IMG/VR virus record: IMGVR_UViG_3300025011_000042
Span: 1-63,166 of that record
Length of the DNA stretch: 63,166 nt
From: a virus
Lineage: Duplodnaviria; Caudoviricetes
Strand: one strand, 5' to 3'
Part shown: positions 1-10,279 of the stretch, one piece after another
Numbering within the stretch: position 1 is the stretch's first letter
Layout: every line of letters begins with the position of its first letter
The notes under the pieces: model-generated
Seen by the model: only the letters and a program-made list of their open reading frames with translations
Databases searched by the model: none
Told to the model about the DNA's origin: nothing
Made by a program: the position numbers and the translations under genes

Positions 1-130
1 CAAGCAGCGTCCAAGCATCATGGCGTCCAAGCATCATGGCGTCCAAGCATCATGGCGTCCAGATAAATCCAAATATTGTAGATCCTAAATAAGGCAATAT
101 TGTAGTTACGTATATACAAAAATAAAGCCA
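1..130. repeat. Left copy of terminal direct repeat, containing 3 x AAGCATCATGGCGTCC
   Basis: Same as 63053-63166 except for one extra 16-bp unit. Confidence 0.95.
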
Positions 131-279
131 ATATTTACACGTAGCACCTATTATTTACGTGTTAATAGTCCGTAAAATACTTTAAAAGGCATTTATAAGG
201 GCTATTATTATACTTACGCGCGGCAAGTACGTGAAAACCTTTTTATATCTACAATAGTAGTCTATAGCTCTACTATAGC

Positions 280-297
280 GCTGTATAACGTATAATA
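280..297 (+). promoter_or_regulatory. Putative late promoter GCTGTATAACGTATAATA
   Basis: Identical 18-mer at 5188-5205; both copies lie just upstream of structural operons and contain TATAAT. Confidence 0.65.
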
Positions 298-319
298 GTA
301 CTAAGGTGGTGAAAAATTT

Positions 320-1267
320 ATGAGTGATGCAGATACAGGTATAAGCAAGACTGAAGGCGATAAAAATGACCTAAGCATTACTACAACACTTATAGCTAAG
401 CCGATTACAGAGTCCTTTGCAGGGTCTTTTACTAGCATTGTAGAGCGCAGTGACGATGTAAAGATTGAAGTCGAAATTGACTGTCCGAGGTGTGGACAGC
501 GTGGTATAGCAGATCATAGAAACAAACACATCTGTGTAAGTTGTGCTAAGACAGAAAATTCACTATACTCACACCGAAGGATGCACCGAGACTGGGTTGC
601 TATCGCCGCGGAATCGGGAATTGAATTGTGGGTACAGCAACCTGAAGAAACCCAGTGGGAATACACAGTCTGGGTTGCATACAGAGATTCTTACCCAGGT
701 AAGAAGCCCTCGTACAAGAGCGTAGCTGAGCAGTTGAGTACCACAGTTAATGCAGTGATGAAAATAGCACAGAGATGGTCCTTCCAGATGCGTATGCAAG
801 CTTGGATGAGACATTGTGATGACATTACACTGCTACAGCGCCGCACTGAGATATTAGGTATGAATCAGGCCCACATCAACATGGCGTCCAGAATCAGAGA
901 GAAGCTTGTAGATGCCATTGAGCTGATTAAACCGGCAGCGTTGGAGCCGAAGGACATTACGTCGCTGTTCAAACTCAGCGCGGAGCTGGAACGTAAAGCC
1001 AGAGTCGATACTATAGCACAGGATGAGATGGTGCGAGCTCTCACTACTGATAATGATAACCCTGCACTTAAAAAAACACAGACACCACAATCAGACATGA
1101 AAGAGGTACTGCAAATATTGATGCAGACCGGGGCGCTGGGGCAAATTACACACGTCGGTATGAAGGAAACAAAGGAAATAAAGACAACAACAGAGACAAA
1201 AGAGATAGAACTTGTAGATAATAATGGCAGAACTACCTCTATACAGCTTAATAGGGAGGCTACCTAA
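320..1267 (+). CDS. Probable terminase small subunit (Zn ribbon plus HTH-like region)
   Basis: First gene before HNH and TerL; CPRC...CVSC; helical segment YKSVAEQL...VMKIAQRWSF. Confidence 0.55.
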   Translation: MSDADTGISKTEGDKNDLSITTTLIAKPITESFAGSFTSIVERSDDVKIEVEIDCPRCGQRGIADHRNKHICVSCAKTENSLYSHRRMHRDWVAIAAESGIELWVQQPEETQWEYTVWVAYRDSYPGKKPSYKSVAEQLSTTVNAVMKIAQRWSFQMRMQAWMRHCDDITLLQRRTEILGMNQAHINMASRIREKLVDAIELIKPAALEPKDITSLFKLSAELERKARVDTIAQDEMVRALTTDNDNPALKKTQTPQSDMKEVLQILMQTGALGQITHVGMKETKEIKTTTETKEIELVDNNGRTTSIQLNREAT

Positions 1268-1845
1268 TGGCTACCGGGCGTAAAAATAGGACACGTAACG
1301 TTGCAAAGATGCACGGAGGCTTCCAGTCAGTTACAGTCGTTGAAGACGGAATCGTGTATCGCACGTGCGCGTTCTGTGGTGAGAAGAAGATTATTTCCGA
1401 TTTTCCTAAGAATGGAACCAATATTGTAGGTGAACCAGAGTACAGAACAGACTGTAAAGTGTGCTACAACGTGCGTCGTAAGGCGAATAACAGTCGGTCA
1501 CGGAAGCACCATAGCGATTTCATATGTGGGATGAAGCGCCGCGGCGAGGATGATGCAGACTTTACGCACCAAGAGTGGAAAGAGTGTTTGATCTTCTTCG
1601 GTGGGGAGTGTGCGTACTGTGGAGGAACGCCGCGGCGAGGTCAGCGATTGACTCGTGATCACCTTGAGTCTGTTGCGAGCGGTGGTTTGACCACGCAGTC
1701 GAATATAGTACCGGCTTGTAGTTCATGTAACAGCTCGAAGGGAGCAGATGACTTCAAGGACTGGTTTATGGGTCAGTCGTTCTTCAGTCAGGAGCGACTG
1801 AACATGATCTTTAAGTGGAGAACCGTTATAAGGCAGGTAGATTAA
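1267..1845 (+). CDS. HNH endonuclease with N-terminal Zn finger
   Basis: CAYCG...LTRDHL...GG...NIVPACSSCNSSKG. Confidence 0.9.
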   Translation: MATGRKNRTRNVAKMHGGFQSVTVVEDGIVYRTCAFCGEKKIISDFPKNGTNIVGEPEYRTDCKVCYNVRRKANNSRSRKHHSDFICGMKRRGEDDADFTHQEWKECLIFFGGECAYCGGTPRRGQRLTRDHLESVASGGLTTQSNIVPACSSCNSSKGADDFKDWFMGQSFFSQERLNMIFKWRTVIRQVD

Positions 1846-1847
1846 GT

Positions 1848-3221
1848 ATGTTAGATATACAGACTCTTGGTGATAGTGACGTATCAGCGCTGCAACGCGC
1901 TCTGACACCACGATTGACAAGGTATATACCCTTCGACCCGACGCCGAAGCAACGTGCCTTTCTGTTGATGAACGCCATACGTGAAATTCTGTATGGCGGC
2001 GCAGCAGGAGGAGGTAAATCGGTATCACAACTTATGGCTGCATTACAATTTGTAGATATACCAGGTTACTCTGCTATTCTGTTTCGTAAAACGTACGCTG
2101 ACTTGGCCTTGCCAGGTGCCTTGATTGATATATCTAAACAATGGTTAATGCCATTCGTAGAGGCAAGGGAAGTTAAATGGTCTGAAAAAGAAAAACAATA
2201 TGTTTTTCCTTCTAACGCAACACTAAACTTCGGATACCTTGAGTCTGCTAATGATTGTTATAGGTACCAAGGCGCTGAGTTCCAGTATATAGGTATGGAC
2301 GAAGTAACACATATCGACCCAGCTAACTACAGGTATTTATTCTCCAGGCTACGTAAACCTAAGGCATTGAATGTACCGCTTAGGTTTAGGGCCACCGCAA
2401 ATCCTGGCGGTCAGTTCGGTGAGTACTACTACCAAAGATTCTTTGTAGATGGTAAGGATAGGGGTCGTGTATTTATCGGAGCGGGTATCGATGATAATCC
2501 GCACTTAGATGCTGAGGCCTATAAAGAGTCTCTTGATGAGTTAGACCCAGTTACACGTGAACAACTGTTGAATGGTAATTGGCAAATCAAAGCTGCCGGT
2601 GACTTATTTAATAGACATTGGTACACAATTATACCACCTACTGATATTCCGCATAACGCGAGACGCGTTAGGTTCTGGGACATGGCATCAACCGATCCTT
2701 CTAAACGTAAAGGTCGCGACAAGCGAGCACCGGACTGGACTGTAGGTTTTAAACTTGCGTACCATCAGGGTTTGTATTGGATTGAAGATATTGAGCGTGT
2801 GCAGAAGATGCCACACGATGTTGAAGAGATAATTAAAATGACTGCCCAGCTAGATGGTTATAGTTGTATGATACGCATGGAGAAAGAACCAGGCAGTTCA
2901 GGTGACATCACTATAGACCATTATGCCCGTAATGTAGTACCTGGGTACGATTTTGTAGGTGTAGCGTCGACAGGTTCAAAAGTTGAGCGTTCTAGAACTG
3001 CATCAGCCGCATCACAATCAGGTAGAGTATTTATTTCACAAAGGTGTAGAAATATACTACAGTTCTTTGATGAGGCTGATACATTTCCGTATGGTATAAA
3101 GGATGATACAGTAGACGCATTTTCAGGTGCTTTCAATACATTTAGGAATGTAGCACTGCTAAGGCCTCCATCAGGCGTAAAGAAAGCAGGGGGTAGTCAT
3201 TGGTCTAAACTTAATAGATAG
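1848..3221 (+). CDS. terL: Terminase large subunit
   Basis: Walker A YGGAAGGGKS, Walker B IGMDE, motif III ATANPG, nuclease RFWDMA...DDTVDA; start at ATG 1848 is a best guess. Confidence 0.95.
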   Translation: MLDIQTLGDSDVSALQRALTPRLTRYIPFDPTPKQRAFLLMNAIREILYGGAAGGGKSVSQLMAALQFVDIPGYSAILFRKTYADLALPGALIDISKQWLMPFVEAREVKWSEKEKQYVFPSNATLNFGYLESANDCYRYQGAEFQYIGMDEVTHIDPANYRYLFSRLRKPKALNVPLRFRATANPGGQFGEYYYQRFFVDGKDRGRVFIGAGIDDNPHLDAEAYKESLDELDPVTREQLLNGNWQIKAAGDLFNRHWYTIIPPTDIPHNARRVRFWDMASTDPSKRKGRDKRAPDWTVGFKLAYHQGLYWIEDIERVQKMPHDVEEIIKMTAQLDGYSCMIRMEKEPGSSGDITIDHYARNVVPGYDFVGVASTGSKVERSRTASAASQSGRVFISQRCRNILQFFDEADTFPYGIKDDTVDAFSGAFNTFRNVALLRPPSGVKKAGGSHWSKLNR

Positions 3222-3232
3222 GAGGTTATGAA

Positions 3233-4630
3233 GTGCCTAGGAACTACAATCTTAAACAACTTGGTACAACAGGTCTTAAGAGGTACGGACCGTATGTATA
3301 TGAAGAGTTCCTACCTGAGTTACGTTGGCCAAGAGCCGGAAAGATATATCAAGAAATGGCAGATAATGATGCAGTAATAGGATCGGTGTTGTACCTTGCA
3401 GAGATGCTTATAAGAGGAGTAAGTTGGTCTGTTAAGCCAGCTGGCACAAGCAGCGCTGACTTAGCTGCCGCCGAGTTTCTTAAGAGTTGTATGGATGATA
3501 TGGATATGTCGTGGGCTAACGTAATTTCAGAGATATTGTCAATGTTTACGTACGGCTTTAGTTTTCATGAGATTGTGTACAAAGTAAGAAGAGGTCCGTA
3601 TGAGTCTAACAGCAAGTACCGTAGCAAGTATACAGACGGTAAAATTGCGTGGCGTAGATTGCCTATTCGTGCGCAAGTATCGTTACATGAATGGACGTTC
3701 GATGAAGAAGGCGATGTTACTGAATTTGTTCAATTAGCTGAACCTGACTATAAAATTGTCCATATACCAATGTCTAGAGGGTTACTGTTTAGAACAAAAA
3801 TAAATAAAGATAACCCTGAAGGCAGATCATTGCTAAGGAATGCGTATAGGTCTTGGTTCTTCAAAAAGCATTTTGAAGAAATAGAGGGTATAGGCATTGA
3901 ACGAGACCTTGCCGGTTTTCCAGTATTAACAGCGCCACAGAACTTAGATCTGTGGAATCCAGACGATCCTGAAATGGTTGTACTTAAGCAAAGAGCTGAA
4001 GATATTGTATCTTCAGTAAGACGTGATAGCGAAGAAGGTTTGTTATTACCGTTTGGTTGGGAACTTAAGTTACTTACATCAGGTTCTTCACGGCAAATTG
4101 ACATAGGATCTACAATTGATAGGTACGATAATAGAATAGCAATAACTATGCTGTCTGATATCATATTGATTGGTGGCAATCAGTCAGGTTCTTTTGCATT
4201 AACTGACGCAAAGCAGTCAATGCTAGCCGCTGCATTACAGTCACAACTATCTAACATAGCTGATGTATTTAATGCAAAAGCAGTACCTGACTTATTTAGA
4301 TTTAACAATTTCAGTGATACTACAGAGTATCCGATTATTATTCCTGGACAAATACAGACACCTACATTTAAGGAACTTGCGCTTATGTTAAGAGCAATGG
4401 GTCTAAACATAGCCGGTGACATAGAACTACAAAACTTCCTTAGGCATGTTCTTAGTTTACCTGGACTTGATGTTGATACTTTCAGTAAAACATACTTACC
4501 GCAACTTAAAAAGAATGATAGTACGGTGCCTGGTAAAGGTGCTGATGCAGGTAAAGGAAGTAAGGAGGACGATACTGCAGAAAATGATTTTGAGCAGAAC
4601 GATATGAATCACACTGGGGGCGGTAATTAA
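3233..4630 (+). CDS. Portal protein (DUF935-like)
   Basis: Follows TerL; NPEGRSLLRNAY...IGIERDLAGFP motif; 465 aa. Confidence 0.9.
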   Translation: MPRNYNLKQLGTTGLKRYGPYVYEEFLPELRWPRAGKIYQEMADNDAVIGSVLYLAEMLIRGVSWSVKPAGTSSADLAAAEFLKSCMDDMDMSWANVISEILSMFTYGFSFHEIVYKVRRGPYESNSKYRSKYTDGKIAWRRLPIRAQVSLHEWTFDEEGDVTEFVQLAEPDYKIVHIPMSRGLLFRTKINKDNPEGRSLLRNAYRSWFFKKHFEEIEGIGIERDLAGFPVLTAPQNLDLWNPDDPEMVVLKQRAEDIVSSVRRDSEEGLLLPFGWELKLLTSGSSRQIDIGSTIDRYDNRIAITMLSDIILIGGNQSGSFALTDAKQSMLAAALQSQLSNIADVFNAKAVPDLFRFNNFSDTTEYPIIIPGQIQTPTFKELALMLRAMGLNIAGDIELQNFLRHVLSLPGLDVDTFSKTYLPQLKKNDSTVPGKGADAGKGSKEDDTAENDFEQNDMNHTGGGN

Positions 4631-4631
4631 G

Positions 4632-5168
4632 ATGGCTGTTGTAGTTACTTCTAGAAGCTTTAGTGACAACAAGACATCGTCAGTGTACCTTGAAAACGGT
4701 GATAGTGTGTATATTGATGAGTACAACAATACAAGAGTTGAACACTACACTAACGTTGATGATGCAGATCTTAATGTTGCAATTGACTTTGCAATAACAA
4801 AGTCAAACGAAGAAAAGGGTCTTATAAGCGGTTGGGCCAGCGTCGCTATTAATGCGGATGGTTCTTTACCGCTAGATTGGGAAGATGACGTTATAAGTCC
4901 AGATGTACTAGAAAAAGCCGCAATAGACTTTATGATTGATTATCGTGACAGCGGCGAAGTGCATAAAGGTACTAGTAAAGGTGTTGTTGTTGAATCAATT
5001 GTGTTTACAAAAGATAAACAGCAAGCTATCGGTATACCAGAAGGTACTGTACCTGAGGGATGGTTTATAACTGTTAAAACTTCTGACAGTGATATACTTG
5101 CTAAAGTTAAGAGCGGTGAATACAAAATGTTTTCAATACAAGGTGCCGCCAAACGTGTTAAAATTTAA
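4632..5168 (+). CDS. XkdF-like prohead serine protease
   Basis: GLISGWASV...DWEDD...GEVH...VVES...GWF...GEYKMFSIQG. Confidence 0.85.
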   Translation: MAVVVTSRSFSDNKTSSVYLENGDSVYIDEYNNTRVEHYTNVDDADLNVAIDFAITKSNEEKGLISGWASVAINADGSLPLDWEDDVISPDVLEKAAIDFMIDYRDSGEVHKGTSKGVVVESIVFTKDKQQAIGIPEGTVPEGWFITVKTSDSDILAKVKSGEYKMFSIQGAAKRVKI

Positions 5169-5187
5169 AGTTTAGTTATAATTTTTG

Positions 5188-5205
5188 GCTGTATAACGTA
5201 TAATA
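5188..5205 (+). promoter_or_regulatory. Putative late promoter, second copy
   Basis: Identical to 280-297. Confidence 0.65.
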
Positions 5206-5226
5206 ATATAAGAGAGGTTGAGTAGT

Positions 5227-6060
5227 ATGCCTAATATCATTGTTGGCCTGGTGGTCGACAGAGTTGATTTTGTTGATGAAGGAGCCAACTCTGCCGCTTT
5301 CATAAAAATGTATAAAAGAAGGGAGAAAGACGATATGGACCTTGAAGAGGTTTTAGCTAAGCTTAAGCCTGAACACGCTGAAGTTGTAAAAGCAGAAATT
5401 GCAAAGCAAACAGCCAATGTAGATACATTAACTGTTGCGTTAAACACTGCTAATGACACTATCAGTACAGTAAATAAGGAACTTACTGCTGCTAAAGATA
5501 CCATTGTGCATGTGCAAGACGAGTTAAAAGTTGCAAAAGCTAAGCAAAAATGTGAATGTGCTGGTGAAGCAGATGGTGAAGGTATTTGTAAAGCGTGTGG
5601 GCTTAAGAAAGAAAAAAGCAGTGCATCATTTGATGAAACTGAAGTAATGAAAGGAATGCCTGAGCAGGCGCGTGAGTTATTCATTAAAATGCGCGATCAG
5701 AAAAATGCTGCTGAGGAATCTTTACGTAAGGAAAAACTCGAGAAGCAACACAGTGATGCCGTAGCTAAAGCATCCGCATTAAAGGCACTGCCTGTAGATA
5801 ACGCAAAGCTGATTGAGATTTGTAAAAAGGGCGATCAAGACGTTATCGACGTTCTTACTACTGTAAGTGCGGCTATTGATGGTGTTGTACTTAAAGAAGT
5901 AGGCGGCACGCACAGCACTGGTGGCACCGATGCCTGGTCTAAAATCGAAGCTAAGGCTGCAGAAGTTGCTAAGCGTGATAATATTACTAAACAAAAAGCA
6001 GTTAGTGTTGTTATTAAGGAATGTCCGGAGTTGTATAAAGAGTACCTGAATAGAGGATAA
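5227..6060 (+). CDS. Head scaffolding protein, with a possible internal start at 5335
   Basis: Coiled-coil composition; N-terminal VDFVDEGAN; lies between protease and capsid genes. Confidence 0.75.
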   Translation: MPNIIVGLVVDRVDFVDEGANSAAFIKMYKRREKDDMDLEEVLAKLKPEHAEVVKAEIAKQTANVDTLTVALNTANDTISTVNKELTAAKDTIVHVQDELKVAKAKQKCECAGEADGEGICKACGLKKEKSSASFDETEVMKGMPEQARELFIKMRDQKNAAEESLRKEKLEKQHSDAVAKASALKALPVDNAKLIEICKKGDQDVIDVLTTVSAAIDGVVLKEVGGTHSTGGTDAWSKIEAKAAEVAKRDNITKQKAVSVVIKECPELYKEYLNRG

Positions 6061-6108
6061 GTACAGTGAGTGCTATACTGACTGTAAATAAGTGGAGGTG
6101 TAAAACTA

Positions 6109-6867
6109 ATGACAGTGTTTGAAATACCTAATCTTCGCTTTAGTGGTGTAGCTGCCGCTACTGTTAGGAGGTATAGGTTCGTTAAAGTTGATGCAAATGG
6201 CCTGATCGTGCAAGCTGGTTTAGGTGAAGCATCTATAGGTGCCACAAGAAATGAAGCCGCTATTGATCAAGCGGTTGAAATTAACGATGGTATTGCCATT
6301 GTTGAAGCAAGTGCAGCAATTGCAGCTGGTGCACAGGTTCAAGCTGCTGCCGATGGTAAAGCTGTTACAGCTACTACTGGTGGTGTAGTGTTAGGTATCG
6401 TTCTTGTAGGGGCGGCTGCAGCTGGTCAATTTTGTACTGTTAAAATGCCTACAGGTGTTAAAGGTGCCGCCGGTGACGTAATTGTTCCATTGTTCTATCA
6501 AGGAACAGACTTAGCAGCGGGTGCTGACCTCACTGCAGTAGCTTTTGGGTCGTGTCCAGTAGGTTATACTGCCACGGTTGTTTCTGCCCAAGTAATTTCG
6601 CAGGGTACCGCAGCAGGTATTGATGATGCTAATACTTCTGCTTTTGTCATAAAGAAAGGCACTGACACAGTTGCATCAGTGACGTTTAATACTGCCGTAG
6701 CATTCCCCGCAGCTGCTGCTGCACAAGCTTTAACTTTAAGCGCTACGCCTGCAAATCTTGCATTAGTTGCCGGTGACAGCCTTACAATTGCTGTAACAAA
6801 TGGCGCTACCGCTAATTTACCGCTATACCTTGTTCAAGTAATGTTGAAGCTTGAACCCGCTGCATAA
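6109..6867 (+). CDS. Capsid cement/decoration protein (DUF2190-like N-terminus plus extra domain)
   Basis: Ala/Gly-rich; YRFVK...GIAIVEASAAIAAGAQV...DGKA; precedes major capsid gene. Confidence 0.75.
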   Translation: MTVFEIPNLRFSGVAAATVRRYRFVKVDANGLIVQAGLGEASIGATRNEAAIDQAVEINDGIAIVEASAAIAAGAQVQAAADGKAVTATTGGVVLGIVLVGAAAAGQFCTVKMPTGVKGAAGDVIVPLFYQGTDLAAGADLTAVAFGSCPVGYTATVVSAQVISQGTAAGIDDANTSAFVIKKGTDTVASVTFNTAVAFPAAAAAQALTLSATPANLALVAGDSLTIAVTNGATANLPLYLVQVMLKLEPAA

Positions 6868-6891
6868 TTTTAGAGAGGAGGGCTAAAACTA

Positions 6892-7869
6892 ATGCCTAAA
6901 ATGCAAGATGCTCATGTAGATAGAGCGCTTACAAACGTATCAGTAGCTTATTTACAGGATGCAAGTGCTTTCATAGCTGATAAAGTATTTCCTGTTATAC
7001 CTGTAAAACGCCAATCTGATATGTACTATATCTACAATAAAGGTGACTTCATGCGTGACGAAGCTGCTGTACGAGCAGCCAGTACAGAGTCCGCCGGTGG
7101 CGATTACGGTGTTGAGGCATCAACTCCGTACTACTGCAAAAAGCACGCATTCCATAAAGATATTTCTCCTGAGGACCGCACTAACTACGATGAGCCTTTA
7201 GATGCTGATCAAGACGCAACTGACTTTGTAACACAGAAAATGCTTATTCGTCGTGAGATGGAATGGGCAACAAAGTACTTTGGTACAGGTATCTGGGGAA
7301 CTGAATGGGCCGGTACCGCGTCTAATCCAGGCGCTAACCAGTTGTTACACTGGAGTGATGATGCTTCAAATCCTATTAAAGATGTTACAGATGCAGGCGT
7401 TACAATGGCAGGTGAAACCGGTTTCAAGCCTAATGTATTTGTATTGTCACCTGTAGTTTTCAATGCACTGAAAAACCATCCCGATATTCTTGACAGAATA
7501 AAGTACACACAAAAAGGTATCGTAACCGCTGATTTGCTCGCAACACTGTTTGAAGTAGAAAGAGTTGTTGTAGCATGGTCAGTTGTAAACTCTGCCGCTA
7601 AAGGCGCTACAGACAGCATCGGCTTTATTATGGGTAAACATGCATTACTATGTTACGCTAACCAGAAACCTGGTCTTCGTAAGCCTTCCGCAGGCTATAT
7701 CTTTGCATGGACTGGTCTAGAAGGCGCTGGCGCTTATGGTAACAGAATTGTACGTTTGCCGATGGACTTGCTCGGCCTCGGTACAGAGCGTATCGAAGGT
7801 GAGATTGCTTTCGATGCTAAACAAATATGTGCTGACCTTGGTACATTCTTTAAGGATATTGTTGCGTAA
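6892..7869 (+). CDS. Major capsid protein
   Basis: HVDRALTNVSVAY...FIADKVFP...KPNVFVL...LKNHPDILDRIKY; 325 aa. Confidence 0.9.
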   Translation: MPKMQDAHVDRALTNVSVAYLQDASAFIADKVFPVIPVKRQSDMYYIYNKGDFMRDEAAVRAASTESAGGDYGVEASTPYYCKKHAFHKDISPEDRTNYDEPLDADQDATDFVTQKMLIRREMEWATKYFGTGIWGTEWAGTASNPGANQLLHWSDDASNPIKDVTDAGVTMAGETGFKPNVFVLSPVVFNALKNHPDILDRIKYTQKGIVTADLLATLFEVERVVVAWSVVNSAAKGATDSIGFIMGKHALLCYANQKPGLRKPSAGYIFAWTGLEGAGAYGNRIVRLPMDLLGLGTERIEGEIAFDAKQICADLGTFFKDIVA

Positions 7870-8159
7870 TGTCTTACTTTATTGTCAGACGTACATTTAA
7901 ATGTAAGTCTGGTATTAAGCATGCCGGTTCTATTATAGAACCGGCAGACATTAGGGATTTTAAGTACCGGTTACGTGATAAGTATATTGTTGAGATTAAC
8001 GAGCAAAACTTTGATAGTATGCATTATCTATTTAGTATACGGTACGGTATTGATATTGTTAATCCAGAACATATTGTGGATATACCGAAAGTTGTTGAGC
8101 CGGTTGTTGAGCCTGGTGTTGAGCCGGTTAAGGTTATAAAAGCAATAGTCATTCCATAG
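7869..8159 (+). CDS. Hypothetical head-associated protein
   Basis: Coupled to capsid gene through a TAATG overlap. Confidence 0.65.
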   Translation: MSYFIVRRTFKCKSGIKHAGSIIEPADIRDFKYRLRDKYIVEINEQNFDSMHYLFSIRYGIDIVNPEHIVDIPKVVEPVVEPGVEPVKVIKAIVIP

Positions 8160-8170
8160 GTGGTGAGGAA

Positions 8171-8545
8171 ATGACTTGGACATACTCAGGCGATCCTTCT
8201 AGTAGCCAATTGGATGAGTTAAGATTTGTCGTTGGTGATACAAGGTCGGACGAACCTATTATGCAAAACGAGGAAATACAGTACTTAATTAACACTTACG
8301 CCAGTAGTAACAATCAGTTAATGTATCAGCTATTTACACGAGCTGCCACTCTGTTCGCTAGGGATATAAAGCGGAGTCTAGGCCCTCAGTATGAAGACCC
8401 TACAGAGCGTTTAAAGTTTTTTAAAGAACAGGCCAAAAAGTATGAACTAAAACTTACTGCTTCAGGTTTATCTGTACCGTTATACGCGCATGAAAAAGTG
8501 TTTAGTATAGGTATGCAAAATAATCCGCCAAACACTGGAGATTGA
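8171..8545 (+). CDS. Head-tail adaptor
   Basis: MTWTYSGDP...LRFVVGDT...NEEIQYL; gene position. Confidence 0.75.
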   Translation: MTWTYSGDPSSSQLDELRFVVGDTRSDEPIMQNEEIQYLINTYASSNNQLMYQLFTRAATLFARDIKRSLGPQYEDPTERLKFFKEQAKKYELKLTASGLSVPLYAHEKVFSIGMQNNPPNTGD

Positions 8546-8549
8546 TTGT

Positions 8550-8858
8550 ATGTACAATAGCTTGAAAAAATGGATAAATGTAGATTTACAGATTAAACCT
8601 TTTTTAGAAGTAGATGGCGCCGGTGTTGCTGTTTACGGTGAGTCTGTTTATACTAAGTGTTATCCTGAAGAAAAAATAGTAACAATAACAGACAAAAACG
8701 GCGTTGAAGTTGTTTCCAATACTCAATTGTACCTGTCAGGAACAACTGAAATAAATGAGTTGGACAAAGTTGTGCTTAATGGTAAAGACACACAAATAAA
8801 GAGTATAAGTTTATTTTACCGTAATGGTTTAGTTGATTTGAAAGTTATCTACTTGTAG
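8550..8858 (+). CDS. Head closure protein
   Basis: Gene position; beta-rich 102 aa. Confidence 0.65.
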   Translation: MYNSLKKWINVDLQIKPFLEVDGAGVAVYGESVYTKCYPEEKIVTITDKNGVEVVSNTQLYLSGTTEINELDKVVLNGKDTQIKSISLFYRNGLVDLKVIYL

Positions 8859-8863
8859 GTGAG

Positions 8864-9301
8864 GTGCGTACAGTGCAAGTTAAGTCTGGAATGAACATAA
8901 GTACACAAGGTATAAAAGATATAGCGGCTAATCTAGACATAGCAGAAGACCTTATACATAACGCGTTGCGTAAAGCGTTGTACGCTGAGGGTCGCTTACT
9001 TATAGATGAAGCTGGTCAAGAGGTACCTAAAGATACTCGTGCGCTATACAATAGCCGGTTTGTAGCACCTCCTAATACGGGTAAAGAAGGTATAAAACTT
9101 ACGTGTGGCTTCGGTACGGCATCTACAATAAATGCAAAAACTAAAGAGCCCACTTCTAACTATGCGCTAATAGTGCATGAAAGGTTAGATGTTGTACACC
9201 CAAATGGTAAAGCTAAATTTTTGGAGGACCCTGCTAATAGGTTAAAGTCTAAATTAGAGGCTAATCTAGCAGCACGTGTTGCCAATAGTATAGGTAGGTA
9301 A
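8864..9301 (+). CDS. HK97 gp10-like neck/tail completion protein
   Basis: VPKDTRALYNS...YALIVHE...AKFLEDP. Confidence 0.8.
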   Translation: MRTVQVKSGMNISTQGIKDIAANLDIAEDLIHNALRKALYAEGRLLIDEAGQEVPKDTRALYNSRFVAPPNTGKEGIKLTCGFGTASTINAKTKEPTSNYALIVHERLDVVHPNGKAKFLEDPANRLKSKLEANLAARVANSIGR

Positions 9302-9305
9302 CTAC

Positions 9306-9692
9306 ATGGCAGATTTATTGCTTGATTTAACTGCGTTGTTAGTAACTGAAGGAGTAGTCACAGGTGATGGCATAGATTGTTTCAGAGATTTTACTCCTAA
9401 CGAGCCAAACGACATTGTAGTTTTAAATGAGTACGCAGGCGTACCAAGTGAAACTTGCTCTGCCGCAGTTAGATCAATTCAAGTTATTTCTCGTGGTGTA
9501 AATGCAAGTACAGCCAAACAACGCATTTGGGATATATATAAGCTACTTAATACTCCTGAAAATAGACTTATGACGTTAGGCGACAGATGGTTAATTGTAT
9601 TACCTAGACAAACACCATTTCGCATAGATGTAGATAAGAATAATCGTATCATATGGGGTTTCAACGTAGCTATAACTACAGTTAGTGATTGA
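9306..9692 (+). CDS. Tail terminator (minor capsid family)
   Basis: PNEPND...IQVISRG...QTPF...DKNNR. Confidence 0.75.
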   Translation: MADLLLDLTALLVTEGVVTGDGIDCFRDFTPNEPNDIVVLNEYAGVPSETCSAAVRSIQVISRGVNASTAKQRIWDIYKLLNTPENRLMTLGDRWLIVLPRQTPFRIDVDKNNRIIWGFNVAITTVSD

Positions 9693-9706
9693 AAGGGGGT
9701 CCATAA

Positions 9707-10279
9707 ATGGACGGTGTTGTTATAGGATTAAAAGAGTTGCATTACGCACTTCTTACTACAGATACAGAGGCTACTATTTTGTATGCTACACCTGTTAAAA
9801 TTGCAGGAGCTATTCAGGCTAATATAAATCCAAATGCTGCTAATGAAACGTTATTTGCTGATGACGGTCCTATGGAAACTGCCTCATCTTTAGGGCAGAT
9901 TGAGTTGGAACTAATTGCAGCAGACATACCGTTAGATATACAAGCAGCGTTGCTTGGTCATACAATATCTGCTAAAGGTGTACTACGGCGTTCGGCTGGT
10001 GACATACCGCCGTGGGTTGCTATCGGTTTTCAAACGCTTAAAAGTAACGGCAAGTACCGTTTTGTATGGTTGCTTAAAGGTAAGTTTACACAACCAGAAC
10101 GTAAGCATGAAACGCGTGGCGATAAGGTTAATTTCCAGACACCAACCATCAAAGGTAATTTCGTGAAACGTGACCATGATGATGATTGGATACTTGAAAC
10201 AGACGAAGATACTACTGGCTACACTGAGTCTATAGGTACTGGGTGGTTTACACAAGTTGACCCAATAGAAACAACATAG
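9707..10279 (+). CDS. Major tail protein (phi13 family)
   Basis: IGLKELHYA...LFADDG...ALLGH...PPWVAIGF...WLLKGKF. Confidence 0.9.
   Translation: MDGVVIGLKELHYALLTTDTEATILYATPVKIAGAIQANINPNAANETLFADDGPMETASSLGQIELELIAADIPLDIQAALLGHTISAKGVLRRSAGDIPPWVAIGFQTLKSNGKYRFVWLLKGKFTQPERKHETRGDKVNFQTPTIKGNFVKRDHDDDWILETDEDTTGYTESIGTGWFTQVDPIETT

Noticed and set aside
247-265. Minus-strand CTACTATTGTAGAT and other TTGTAGAT copies resemble the Cas12a repeat 3' end (CRISPR array or solitary repeat)
   Set aside because: No regular repeat-spacer spacing, no cas gene, the 5' AATTT part is missing, and most copies lie inside genes.
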